A DNA stretch of 64,000 nucleotides from a candidate division CSSED10-310 bacterium (GTDB lineage Bacteria; CSSED10-310). Under the pieces are notes generated by a model. That model was not told where the DNA came from. It was given only the letters and a program-made list of their open reading frames with translations, and made no database searches. The stretch covers positions 4,990 to 68,989 of the forward strand of contig PWNJ01000038.1 in assembly GCA_003558985.1 (NCBI GenBank), in the 5' to 3' direction. A program made the position numbers and the translations under genes. Positions 37,997-48,106 of this stretch are shown here, in pieces. Position 1 is the stretch's first letter. Each line of letters opens with the position of its first letter.

Positions 37997-40102
37997 ATGA
38001 ACAAGTTTCTTAAATATGATCCGAAATATGGCATGTTTCGATTGCCAATGGGCTACTCGATGGGTGATCTTGATACTATTCGAATGATTTTTGGGAAAAA
38101 TACCGATAATGCATCTATATCCTTGCCCGTCTTACCTCCACAACTCGATAATATAAATGATAGCAACGAAAAAGGGTATCTGGTTTTTCCTCCCGAACAA
38201 ATAAGTGATGACATTGACCTGTTTGTTGAAAAAACACTTAAACATGTTCGAAAACTGAAGGAAAAAGGATACGACTATGAGCATCCTGATTTTAAAAAAT
38301 ATCTGGAAATAAGAGATGATGTCATTAATCATGTAGCTGAAAGCCTGGAAAATGTTATCGAACAGGAAAGAAGATTGGGTCTGTTCAATTTGTTCTGGCT
38401 GGTTGTAGCACAAATTTGCATCGACAGCTTAAATGATGTTATTGCCAGAGCTGATGCAAGTCTGGATACTCGATTTGCCGTTCATCCGCATATCAGAAAT
38501 ATGCTGAAACAATCCCTTGAACGAACTTACGAAAAATTGAATTATCGAGATGAATTGTTCAGACAGTCCATGCCATTTTATAAAATCACTATCCTAACGC
38601 GACTTGGGGCATCATTTAACTACAATTTCGTTAACGATATTGTCGATATTCAGCTTTGCCTGCTGGAAAACAATATACCCCCAGTAGATCCCTTGCATAT
38701 GATTAAGCATCTCCTGGTTGAAGAAAACATTCAGTACTTTATCACTTATCAGGATTATCAGAAATTCTATTTCAGCATAAAGTCACATGTTGATTCTGCT
38801 ATTGAAGGAAATGAAAACTGGATAAAAAGCATATTGACATTCTCGTTGGGAATCTCAGAAAACATGTTGCATAAAATTGATTCAAATATTGTCGTTTTTG
38901 AACCCAGATTTATTTTTACCATTCAGGACAGGCTAAAAAGGATCCCTCTAATGCTGCCGGGAAAGAATACACGAAAAAAATGTCTGATTGATGAAGTGGA
39001 TGAAAGAGCATTTGATCAAATGATTCTGGATTTCGTAACGCTTGCAAGAGAATTGCAAAAAGCTGAAATCATCAGTTATTTTCGGAAGAAAATTAAAATG
39101 TTGGGTAATCATGGTGTCACAAAAGAGAAAAACCGAAAGAAATCTGCAATGATACCAGACAGAATTACTTATAATATGGATTCAGGTACAATTGTTAAAG
39201 ACTTGAGAAGTAAAACAATAATGTTCGTTGATCTACGTGCATCAACAGAACTGGCTTCAGGTACAATATCCAGTAGTCAGCTAATAAAAACCCTATACGC
39301 TTTCTTTGATCCTGCTTTGGATATAATTGCTCATTTTGGAGGACATATTCGTTTTTTTGCTGGTGATGCGATATTGGCTACTTTCAGTAATGATCATACA
39401 GAAAACAATGCGACAATAAAAGCAGTGCAGGCAGGGGTTATGATTCAGAAAATGCTGGCACAAAAGGTCAAGCATTATACTCTGCCACTGGAAGGAGTTG
39501 GTATTGGCATCCATGTAGGAGTTCTTGAGAATGCATATATTTTCAGTGACGAAAGAGGCAAATTCAGTACCGTTATTGGGCTCTCTGCTAACGTTGCCAG
39601 CAGGCTTAGTTCAGGTAAATCTTCCAGTCGTGAACGAAGAGCGGACCCTTTGTTTAAAAGAGAAATCAACGATCTTCTTCAGGATATCCTGGAAAACACA
39701 AAGAATAGAATAAGCTCTGGTGTGCGAGATAACATCGTTAACATTTTCAATGAGTTTGTGGGCAGTGAGCCACAACAAGACAAGTATGCAAAAGCGTTTC
39801 ACAAGCTGCCGGAAGTTAAAGACAAACCAGGAATGTTAAGAGTAAATGTTGTTAATGGTGTACTCCACAATAACGGTATCGCATTATCTGATGCAGCGCT
39901 GAACGATGTCAGAAAACGGCATGTTTTGCAAGAACGGAACTGGAGGGATAATATTGAATATATATATATCAACAATGAAAAACAGGCAGAAATTGTTTTT
40001 CGGCCTGTAGGAGATGCTCATTTGAAGGGAATTCCGGAAACCACTATGGTATGGTCTGCCCAACCTTTAGAAGAAACTGGTGATGAAACTGAGAGTATAT
40101 GA
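37997..40102 (+). CDS. Class III adenylate/guanylate cyclase with a large uncharacterised N-terminal region
   Basis: The C-terminal CHD domain is IMFVDLRASTELAS...HFGGHIRFFAGDAILATF...GIGIHVG. The roughly 400 N-terminal residues carry no recognisable motif. Confidence 0.65.
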   Translation: MNKFLKYDPKYGMFRLPMGYSMGDLDTIRMIFGKNTDNASISLPVLPPQLDNINDSNEKGYLVFPPEQISDDIDLFVEKTLKHVRKLKEKGYDYEHPDFKKYLEIRDDVINHVAESLENVIEQERRLGLFNLFWLVVAQICIDSLNDVIARADASLDTRFAVHPHIRNMLKQSLERTYEKLNYRDELFRQSMPFYKITILTRLGASFNYNFVNDIVDIQLCLLENNIPPVDPLHMIKHLLVEENIQYFITYQDYQKFYFSIKSHVDSAIEGNENWIKSILTFSLGISENMLHKIDSNIVVFEPRFIFTIQDRLKRIPLMLPGKNTRKKCLIDEVDERAFDQMILDFVTLARELQKAEIISYFRKKIKMLGNHGVTKEKNRKKSAMIPDRITYNMDSGTIVKDLRSKTIMFVDLRASTELASGTISSSQLIKTLYAFFDPALDIIAHFGGHIRFFAGDAILATFSNDHTENNATIKAVQAGVMIQKMLAQKVKHYTLPLEGVGIGIHVGVLENAYIFSDERGKFSTVIGLSANVASRLSSGKSSSRERRADPLFKREINDLLQDILENTKNRISSGVRDNIVNIFNEFVGSEPQQDKYAKAFHKLPEVKDKPGMLRVNVVNGVLHNNGIALSDAALNDVRKRHVLQERNWRDNIEYIYINNEKQAEIVFRPVGDAHLKGIPETTMVWSAQPLEETGDETESI

Positions 40103-41019
40103 TGAATAAAAGTGAAATAGTTAACGAAATTAGTAAATACAAACAGAAATTGAACGCTGTAATCCTGGCACATAACTATCAGCGCCCTGAAATACAGGAA
40201 ATTGCTGATTATCTGGGCGATTCGTTGGATCTTGCCAAAAAAGCATCGCATTTGTCCTGCAAAACGATTGTTTTTTGTGGTGTACATTTTATGGCTGAAA
40301 GCGCTGCTATACTGTCGCCTGACAAGGATGTTCTTTTGCCGGTGCTGGAAGCCGGATGCCCACTGGCTGACTGTGCCACACCAGAAATGATTCTGGAAAC
40401 AAGAAAAAGGAATCCGGATGCTGTAATAGTTGCTTACATTAACACAACGGCTGCAGTAAAAGCTGAAGCAGATGTGATATGCACGTCTGCCAATGCTATG
40501 GCAATACTTAAACACTACTGTGACCAACAAAAGAAAATATGCTATCTTCCAGATAAAAATCTGGCTGCATATGCAGAAAAACAAATGGGTATTTCTATCA
40601 TTAAATGGCCGGGGCAATGCTATGTCCACGATACTCATATAACCAAAGATGCTGTTCAGTCTTTGAAACAAAAATATCCCGATGCGTTTGTTATGGCTCA
40701 TCCCGAAGCCCCGCTTAACGTTCTTGAACTGGCTGATGCTGTGATTGGTACGGGTGGCATGATTAAACTGGCAGGAAGCTCTGACCATAAATCATTTATT
40801 GTCGCAACTGAAAAAGGACTGGTATACAGGCTTCGAAAAGAGAATCCGAAAAAGCAGTTTTACGAAATCGAAAATGCTATTTGTGCACAAATGAAGGTTA
40901 CGACCCTGCAAAGCGTCCTGAATGCTTTGAAAAACTATCAGCATAAAATCACCTTACAGGAACCAATTGCAGCCAGAGCCCGCAAAGCTCTTAATAAAAT
41001 GCTGCTACTGTCACCATGA
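40099..41019 (+). CDS. nadA: Quinolinate synthase
   Basis: ILAHNYQRPEIQEIADYLGDSL, CGVHFMAES and VMAHPE motifs. Confidence 0.85.
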   Translation: MMNKSEIVNEISKYKQKLNAVILAHNYQRPEIQEIADYLGDSLDLAKKASHLSCKTIVFCGVHFMAESAAILSPDKDVLLPVLEAGCPLADCATPEMILETRKRNPDAVIVAYINTTAAVKAEADVICTSANAMAILKHYCDQQKKICYLPDKNLAAYAEKQMGISIIKWPGQCYVHDTHITKDAVQSLKQKYPDAFVMAHPEAPLNVLELADAVIGTGGMIKLAGSSDHKSFIVATEKGLVYRLRKENPKKQFYEIENAICAQMKVTTLQSVLNALKNYQHKITLQEPIAARARKALNKMLLLSP

Positions 41020-42572
41020 ATAGTGCAATACCTGTTTCAGATGTTCTGATTGTTGGATCAGGCGCTGCAGGGCTTATGTTTGCAGCGCATATATCAAAGT
41101 ATCATAATGTGTCTTTGATAACAAAAGATGCAGCAACTGAATCCAACACTCGGTATGCACAAGGAGGGATTGCAGCGGTTTTATCAATAGATGATTCATA
41201 CTCAAAACATATCAGGGATACTTTGAAAGCAGCCGATGGATATGGAAATCCAGAGGCTGTTAATACTCTGGTTAAAGAAGCTCCAGCACGAATTTTTGAT
41301 CTGATCTGTATGGGGGTGGATTTCGATCGCTTGACGGACAATGCGTTGCAGGTCACTAGGGAAGGCGGACACTCTGACAAACGGGTGATACATGTAGGTG
41401 ACATGACAGGTCAGGCAATCGAATCGGCACTGTGGAACAGTGTTAGAAAAGAAAACCTTATTGTATATGACCACGAAACCGTAACCAACCTTTTGGTTAG
41501 CAATAATGTATGCTATGGCGTCGAATCTATTGATCGATCCGGTAATGTCAGAAAACATTATGCCAAAGCAGTGTTCCTTGCAACAGGTGGAGCTGGACAA
41601 ATGTTTTCAAAAACAACCAATCCGGAAATAGCCAATGGCGATGGAATCGTTATGGCAGAATGTGCAGGCGCTGTTGTCAAAAACCTCGAATTTATTCAAT
41701 TTCATCCCACCGTGCTGGCCCTGAAAAATGCACCATGTTTTTTGATAACTGAAGCTGCCAGAGGCGAAGGAGCAAAACTGATAAATCTTCAGGGTTATCG
41801 ATTTATGCAGGATTACCACACCTCAGGGGAACTTGCAGCCCGCGACGTGGTTTCAAGAGCAATTGTATCTGAAATGGAAAAAACTTCGGCCGAATATGTC
41901 TATCTGGACATGACCCATAAAAGTAAAGATTTTATAGAAAATCGATTTCCAACAGTGACTTCAACACTATTGAAATATGATCTTCATCCAGAAAAAGACA
42001 GAATTCCAGTCGCTCCGGCAGCCCATTACTTTTGTGGAGGGGTTCACACCGATATTGATGGAAGAACGACCGTAGACGGTCTTTATGCTGGAGGGGAAGT
42101 TGCCTGTACAGGTGTTCACGGTGCAAATCGATTAGCCTCCAACTCATTACTTGAATCTGTCGTTTTCGCGTATCGGGCCGCTGTAAATGCTGACAGGCGA
42201 ATTCGATACCTGCCGAATGATTGGTTTAGAAAACTTGATCATTTAACGCAGGAAACCCCCCGCACCTGGGTAATGAATAATCAAAAGGTTGATATCATTA
42301 GGGCAATGAAAAAAGAATTGCAACGAGTTAACTGGAAATACTGCGGCATTATTCGCACTGATAAAGGATTAAGAAAAGGATTACAATTGATAGGACATAT
42401 CAGTAAACAGTTCCATCAAATTAATGGATTCAGTAATGGAGATAATGATGCGATAGCGTTGCGAAATTTGATAAAACTGTCAGAATTAGTGTACAGAGCC
42501 GCGATCGCCAGACGAGTTAATGCGGGAACTCACTATAACTGCGATTGTGTTTTAAATCATAAAAAAGACTGA
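41016..42572 (+). CDS. nadB: L-aspartate oxidase
   Basis: VLIVGSGAAGL FAD-binding N-terminus, RYAQGGIAA and HYFCGGV motifs. The start overlaps nadA. Confidence 0.85.
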   Translation: MNSAIPVSDVLIVGSGAAGLMFAAHISKYHNVSLITKDAATESNTRYAQGGIAAVLSIDDSYSKHIRDTLKAADGYGNPEAVNTLVKEAPARIFDLICMGVDFDRLTDNALQVTREGGHSDKRVIHVGDMTGQAIESALWNSVRKENLIVYDHETVTNLLVSNNVCYGVESIDRSGNVRKHYAKAVFLATGGAGQMFSKTTNPEIANGDGIVMAECAGAVVKNLEFIQFHPTVLALKNAPCFLITEAARGEGAKLINLQGYRFMQDYHTSGELAARDVVSRAIVSEMEKTSAEYVYLDMTHKSKDFIENRFPTVTSTLLKYDLHPEKDRIPVAPAAHYFCGGVHTDIDGRTTVDGLYAGGEVACTGVHGANRLASNSLLESVVFAYRAAVNADRRIRYLPNDWFRKLDHLTQETPRTWVMNNQKVDIIRAMKKELQRVNWKYCGIIRTDKGLRKGLQLIGHISKQFHQINGFSNGDNDAIALRNLIKLSELVYRAAIARRVNAGTHYNCDCVLNHKKD

Positions 42573-42592
42573 TATGCGTTTAGGAGACTTCT

Positions 42593-42787
42593 ATGGAACA
42601 TGAAATATCGTTATTCGGATCAATAATGGTACAAATTGGTTTTCTGGGATGGATCGGATGTACCATAGGGCTCATTTTTAATGGATTTACCAAAGATAAT
42701 GAACTCGTTCCTAAAAAAGCGCTTCTATGGGGTTCGCTGATTGTGTTATTTTACGCCGTCTGGATAATCGGCCTGAATATCGCTTGA
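42593..42787 (+). CDS. Small two-helix membrane protein
   Basis: 64 aa with two hydrophobic segments. No recognisable family. Confidence 0.3.
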   Translation: MEHEISLFGSIMVQIGFLGWIGCTIGLIFNGFTKDNELVPKKALLWGSLIVLFYAVWIIGLNIA

Positions 42788-42800
42788 CCGGGATGTGATT

Positions 42801-44078
42801 ATGAAAAAAAGTCTGAAAATAGGTGTCAGCCTGATTCTGAGCGTTGCTTTTTTCTACCTGTTTATCAAGGATGTTAACAAAATATACATTACTCACGATT
42901 CCGGTTTAAATCATGGAGATGGTGAACAGGCTAACAGAGTTTTATTTGTGGCAGATGTTAACAACTTTGAAATTGGAGATACTATCACTGTTTCATCGGA
43001 TAAACTTGAAAACCGAATTTCAATGAAAGTGGAAAAGTTGATAGAATACTCAGAACAGGTTCCCAATCCATATATTGTGACGAACAAACCAATTGATTAC
43101 GAGTTACGAACACAAGATAACGCATTTTTAGTTTTTCCAAGACTACAACGAGCGCTTCTTACTACAAACTACTGGTGGCTAATACCTTCATTAATGGCAA
43201 CGATTCTTGCTCTTGCAATACGTGCTTATCGCTGGAAGTTTTTTCTGAAGGATTACAAGAATATTCGTTATCAATCTTTATGGCGATCAGTTTGTGTTGG
43301 ATACATGGCGAACAATGTTCTTCCATTTAGAATAGGAGAAATTGTCCGGGCCTGGTTTTTGGCCAGAAAAGAAAATCGCAAAACATCCGAAGTTTTCGGT
43401 ACAATTGTACTGGAACGAATTTCCGATATTTTATCCATTCTGATTTTGTATGTCATTTTCGTGTTTTATTTTGCAACTCGACCCGATGTTCATTTACCGA
43501 ATGAAATGATTATAGGTGCGTGGATAATGGCGTTTATTGCACTGGCATCGCTGGCATTCCTGATTTTGCTCAATTGGAAACCTGACAGGATCCGCTCATT
43601 GGTGAATAGTGTATTGAAAATACTGCCAGAAAAAGTCTCAAAAAAACTTAACCATCTGTTTGACGCCTTTATCGAAGGGTTATGGATACTGAATAGCTGG
43701 AAATGTATTCTGATAACATTTGCTCTCTCAATGCTTGTGTGGATGATTCTGGCATTCGCATATTTATACATTTTTTATGCCGTCGGCATTGATGGAACCT
43801 TGCTGCTGGCTCTGTTCCTGATTGTTGCGCTGGCTTTTGCCGTATCAATACCATCAGCGCCGGGTTTCATTGGAACGTTTCACTGGGTGGGGCAACAAGC
43901 GCTTCTAATGATGGGAATTAAAGGAAATATAGAAGCCTATGTCCTGATAGCTCATATGCTTGCCTATGTTCCAGTCGTAGTTATTGGCTTGGTTTATTTG
44001 AGTATTGAGAATGTGTCGTGGAAAGAATTAAAAAACAGCGCTGATCAATTTACACAAAATCAAGAAGAAGTATCTTAG
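42801..44078 (+). CDS. UPF0104/YbhN-like membrane protein (lysylphosphatidylglycerol-synthase-TM-like domain) with an N-terminal extension
   Basis: WWLIPSLMATILALAIRAYRWKFFL...MANNVLPFRIGEIVRAWF is a typical LPG_synthase_TM core. Confidence 0.55.
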   Translation: MKKSLKIGVSLILSVAFFYLFIKDVNKIYITHDSGLNHGDGEQANRVLFVADVNNFEIGDTITVSSDKLENRISMKVEKLIEYSEQVPNPYIVTNKPIDYELRTQDNAFLVFPRLQRALLTTNYWWLIPSLMATILALAIRAYRWKFFLKDYKNIRYQSLWRSVCVGYMANNVLPFRIGEIVRAWFLARKENRKTSEVFGTIVLERISDILSILILYVIFVFYFATRPDVHLPNEMIIGAWIMAFIALASLAFLILLNWKPDRIRSLVNSVLKILPEKVSKKLNHLFDAFIEGLWILNSWKCILITFALSMLVWMILAFAYLYIFYAVGIDGTLLLALFLIVALAFAVSIPSAPGFIGTFHWVGQQALLMMGIKGNIEAYVLIAHMLAYVPVVVIGLVYLSIENVSWKELKNSADQFTQNQEEVS

Positions 44079-44086
44079 GACTAAAC

Positions 44087-44959
44087 ATGAAACTCGCTGC
44101 GAATCTGAACGAAATTCCCGATCCGGTGTTTAGCGTTAAAACTGATTTGGAGCAATGTGCAATTAAACCCAATCGACTGAAGGGTCAAAACTTTCTGATA
44201 TCATCACGTGTCAGAGATTACATAGCGAATGTCGCAAATCTGACAGAAACAGATTCGGTTATCGAAATAGGCCCGGGAACCGGTGTTTTGACATGGGCGC
44301 TGGCTCACAAAACGACAAACCTCACACTTGTTGAATCAGAAAGATCACTGGCGGCCCTGTTGAAAAAACGTTTTAAGATTCTTGACAAGGTTAATGTGAT
44401 TTGTGGGGATGGACTGCAATTTCTAAGAAAACTTGTTACTGAGCATAATCATCACAAGTGGAAAATTGTTAGCAATCTGCCATATTCAATATCATCACCA
44501 GTTTTGATGACAATGGCTGATAATCCCGAAATATTTGAAGGCGGTGTGCTGCTGCTTCAAAAAGAAGTTGTTGACCGGGTGACGGCTACTCCAATGGATC
44601 CGGAAAGAAGTGCAATATCAGTAATTTTACAGTTGCGGTACAGTGTCCGTAAAGTATTGAATGTTAAGTCATCCCAGTTTAGACCCGCTCCGGGGGTTGA
44701 TTCTGCAGTGTTGACACTGAACCCGGGTGGAGAATCGTTAAGCGTGCCTTGGCATTATTTGATTAGAACAGTTCAGGAAATGTTTGTCCACAGACGAAAA
44801 ACGCTTTTGAATAACTTAAAAAAATGTATGAGCAATGCAATGGCTGAGACGGTTTTGCTGGCATCCGGCATCGAAATGGACAAAAGAGCGCAGGAGCTGA
44901 CACTTAAACAGTTTGTCAAATTGGCTGAAACAAAACTGCGTGCTGAAACGGAGATATAA
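44087..44959 (+). CDS. rsmA: 16S rRNA (adenine1518/1519-N6)-dimethyltransferase
   Basis: GQNFLISSRV...VIEIGPGTGVLT SAM-binding motif and SNLPYSISSP motif. Confidence 0.85.
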   Translation: MKLAANLNEIPDPVFSVKTDLEQCAIKPNRLKGQNFLISSRVRDYIANVANLTETDSVIEIGPGTGVLTWALAHKTTNLTLVESERSLAALLKKRFKILDKVNVICGDGLQFLRKLVTEHNHHKWKIVSNLPYSISSPVLMTMADNPEIFEGGVLLLQKEVVDRVTATPMDPERSAISVILQLRYSVRKVLNVKSSQFRPAPGVDSAVLTLNPGGESLSVPWHYLIRTVQEMFVHRRKTLLNNLKKCMSNAMAETVLLASGIEMDKRAQELTLKQFVKLAETKLRAETEI

Positions 44960-45787
44960 ATGCGGGATCTGTTGTATTCCATAATACTGGGCATATTTCA
45001 GGGTATTACAGAATTTATTCCGGTATCAAGCTCCGGCCATTTGGTACTTGCAAGATCGGTTCTTCCAGGTTTCGAAGTTCCGGGTTTGATGTTTGATGTT
45101 ATTCTGCATGGAGGCTCCCTTTTGGCAGTCTTTGTTTATTTCAAAAAAGACCTGGCCTGGTTTTTTAAAGGAATAAAAGGAAACCTTTCAAATCATCATA
45201 ACACAAATGCCCAATCATGGGTAAAAGGTATCATTATTGGAACCATACCCGCTGGTTTAATAGGTGTTCTGGCTCATGACTGGTTTGAAAACCTTTTTAA
45301 ACATCCCTTAACTGTTTCATTCACATTGTGCTGCACAGGAATTATACTGATTCTGGGTGAAATTGTGCAGAAAAGAAAAAGTAACCGTGCCGATTCATCC
45401 GACTTTATCTCCGTTAAAATGGCTCTCTGGGTAGGATGTATGCAATCTCTGGCGCTTATCCCCGGTATTTCCAGATCAGGGTCAACAATTGCAGCAGGAA
45501 TGGCCGGTAACTGGTCGCGAGAAAAAGCAACGCGCTTTTCATTTCTTTTGATGATTCCAGCCGTCGCCGGTGCAGTTGCGCTGAAAGCAAAAGATGTTCC
45601 CCAGTTTATTGCCGAAGGTCATATTGATATACTGGCGCTTATAGCAGGCTTCATTGCATCATTTCTTGCAGGATATCTCTCAATAGCATTTTTACTGAAA
45701 ATTATACGAAAATATTCATTTGTCCCTTTTGGCATCTATTGTATTTTTATTGGATTGATCTCATTGCTGGTCCAGACAGCTTATTAA
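44960..45787 (+). CDS. uppP: Undecaprenyl-diphosphatase
   Basis: GITEFIPVSSSGHL and PGISRSGSTI motifs. Confidence 0.85.
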   Translation: MRDLLYSIILGIFQGITEFIPVSSSGHLVLARSVLPGFEVPGLMFDVILHGGSLLAVFVYFKKDLAWFFKGIKGNLSNHHNTNAQSWVKGIIIGTIPAGLIGVLAHDWFENLFKHPLTVSFTLCCTGIILILGEIVQKRKSNRADSSDFISVKMALWVGCMQSLALIPGISRSGSTIAAGMAGNWSREKATRFSFLLMIPAVAGAVALKAKDVPQFIAEGHIDILALIAGFIASFLAGYLSIAFLLKIIRKYSFVPFGIYCIFIGLISLLVQTAY

Positions 45788-46593
45788 AACAAGTCACAGT
45801 TAAATCTATCAAGAATATCTGCCGCGCGCCCCTTTAGAAAAACTGTTTTGCAAACTGCAGTTAAAACCGTTGGCTCAATATTAATCTCGATTAAACTAGC
45901 CCCATGATTAACCGCCATTTCAGGAAGCTCATTGACCGGATGAACCAAACCTGATGTGCCAATCAGAAGCACTACATCAGACATTCGAATGTGTTTTAAA
46001 GCCGCAAAATAACTCTCCGCAGGTATCGACTCCTCAAACAAAACCGCATCCGGCTTTAAAACACCTCCACAGTTACAAACGGGCGGAAGATCCTGACTGT
46101 CAAGCAATAAACCCTTAATATTGAATGTTTGGGAACAAACGGTACAAATTAGATTGCGAAGACTCCCATGAAGTTCAATTACGTTTTCCTGACCCGCTTT
46201 TTGATGGAGACCATCAATATTTTGAGTAATTGTACATTGAAGTTTGCCCCGCTTTTCCATTTTGGCCAAAGCAATATGACCAGCGTTTGCTCTGGCATCT
46301 ACCAGCGATTCATACAAATGTAAAAACAACTCCCATGCCTTTTGGGGATTAGAAAGAAAACCCGATCTGCTGGCATATACTTCCGGATCAAAACGTGACC
46401 ATAAACCATTTGTACCTCGAAAAGCGGGAATTCCACTCTCGGTGGATATCCCGGCGCCCGTAATTGCAATAAGATACCGGGATTGCTGTATTAGCTCAAC
46501 AGAAAATTGATAGAGCGTTTTGTCCATATTAAGTACTCCGGAAAATGCCTCATTGGTTAGGCAATAAAACAATACTTGGCATTTTAATTGCAT
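45784..46593 (-). CDS. cobB: NAD-dependent protein deacylase (Sir2 family)
   Basis: GAGISTESGIPAFRG and HG motifs, with a Cx2C...Cx2C Zn site. Confidence 0.8.
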   Translation of the reverse strand: MQLKCQVLFYCLTNEAFSGVLNMDKTLYQFSVELIQQSRYLIAITGAGISTESGIPAFRGTNGLWSRFDPEVYASRSGFLSNPQKAWELFLHLYESLVDARANAGHIALAKMEKRGKLQCTITQNIDGLHQKAGQENVIELHGSLRNLICTVCSQTFNIKGLLLDSQDLPPVCNCGGVLKPDAVLFEESIPAESYFAALKHIRMSDVVLLIGTSGLVHPVNELPEMAVNHGASLIEINIEPTVLTAVCKTVFLKGRAADILDRFNCDLF

Positions 46594-46663
46594 TCGTATA
46601 GGCTGTCATTCGGTTGTCAGATTCCTGATAATCCCAAAACATTATACCCACAGGAGCTGAATT

Positions 46664-48106
46664 GTGAAAGAACTTCTGGAAATAGCCGTAGAACAGTTAA
46701 AAAAAAGTGGAGCAGATTACGGTGATGCTCGTATAGGTTTGTATCAGTATCAGAATATTGCTTCAAGAGACATGATGGCCACCAATCTGTCAACAAATCG
46801 ATCTGAAGGCATTGGTATACAAGCTCGTGTAAACACGGGGTGGGGATTTTCCTCTACTCAAAGCCTGTCAAAAGATGGCGTAAGAAAGGCAGCACAACGG
46901 GCGGTTGCGATTGCCAAGGCAAGCTCAATTGCTGCACTGGACACTCCGTTCACAAAAGAATCAATCAAAACTGTAAAGTGGCAGGTACCATTCAAAATAG
47001 ACCCGTTCACTATTCCGGTAAAAGAAAAACTGGATTTACTGATAGCGATTAATGCAAAAATTCGCGAAAACCCGGAAATCAGTCGGGCTGTCGCCATGTT
47101 CAATTTTACAAAAGAGCACAAACTGTTTTTAAACACTGATGGCACCCATGCTGACCAAATATTGGTTCGTGTCGATGGCATGTGTTCAGCGACAGCTGTT
47201 GGAAAATCCGGATTTGAGTCCAGACACTTTATTTTGACGCCATTAAACATTGGATATGAGCATATTCTGGACACCCAATGGTTGTCTGAAGCGAAAAGAA
47301 TTGCCGATGAAGCAGTGCAGAAACTGAATGCACCTTCTTGTACTGAAAGTGTTAGCGACTTGATTATTTTGCCCTCTCACACATGTCTTGTCATTCACGA
47401 AACAATAGGGCATGCAACTGAGCTTGACAGAGTGAAAGGCTGGGAGGCTGACATGGCTGGTACAAGCTTTGCCACTACTGATAAATTGAACAATCTTGAA
47501 TATGGTTCGGAAATATTCAATGTTGTTGCAGATAGAACAATGAAGAATGGCAGATCATCAGTTCCGGTAGATGACGAAGGTGTCGAAACAGGACAGTGGC
47601 ATTTGATAAAAAATGGGGTGCTGACCGGATATAGCACAACTCGGGGAACAGCACACTACATCGGTGAAACTCAAAGTCGAGGATGTGCTTATGCAGACAG
47701 TTGGAGCAGTATGCCGATTTTACGTATGCCCAATGTGTCAATTGAACCGGGAAAAGACGGCTCTCCTTCATTGGATCAGATTGTGGAAGATACAAAAGAT
47801 GGTTACATTGTAGACGGCATGGGTAGTTTCTCCATCGACCATCAAAGAATAAACTTTCAGTTCGGTGGTGATGCTGTGTGGAAAGTAGAAAATGGTAAAA
47901 AGACACATATAGTTCGTGGATTTACATATCAATCCAGGAATCCATTATTTTGGAGATCAGTAGATGCGATCTGTCCGAAAGAGGAGTGGCGCCAGGAAGG
48001 CGTTGTTAATTGCGGCAAGGGACAACCAATGCAAACTGCTCAATTGACTCACGGAAGCGCTCCAATGCGATTGAGAAACCTGACTGTTGGAAAGGCCAGA
48101 ATATGA
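46664..48106 (+). CDS. tldD: TldD family metalloprotease
   Basis: PmbA_TldD fold with an HETIGHATELD motif. Confidence 0.75.
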   Translation: MKELLEIAVEQLKKSGADYGDARIGLYQYQNIASRDMMATNLSTNRSEGIGIQARVNTGWGFSSTQSLSKDGVRKAAQRAVAIAKASSIAALDTPFTKESIKTVKWQVPFKIDPFTIPVKEKLDLLIAINAKIRENPEISRAVAMFNFTKEHKLFLNTDGTHADQILVRVDGMCSATAVGKSGFESRHFILTPLNIGYEHILDTQWLSEAKRIADEAVQKLNAPSCTESVSDLIILPSHTCLVIHETIGHATELDRVKGWEADMAGTSFATTDKLNNLEYGSEIFNVVADRTMKNGRSSVPVDDEGVETGQWHLIKNGVLTGYSTTRGTAHYIGETQSRGCAYADSWSSMPILRMPNVSIEPGKDGSPSLDQIVEDTKDGYIVDGMGSFSIDHQRINFQFGGDAVWKVENGKKTHIVRGFTYQSRNPLFWRSVDAICPKEEWRQEGVVNCGKGQPMQTAQLTHGSAPMRLRNLTVGKARI

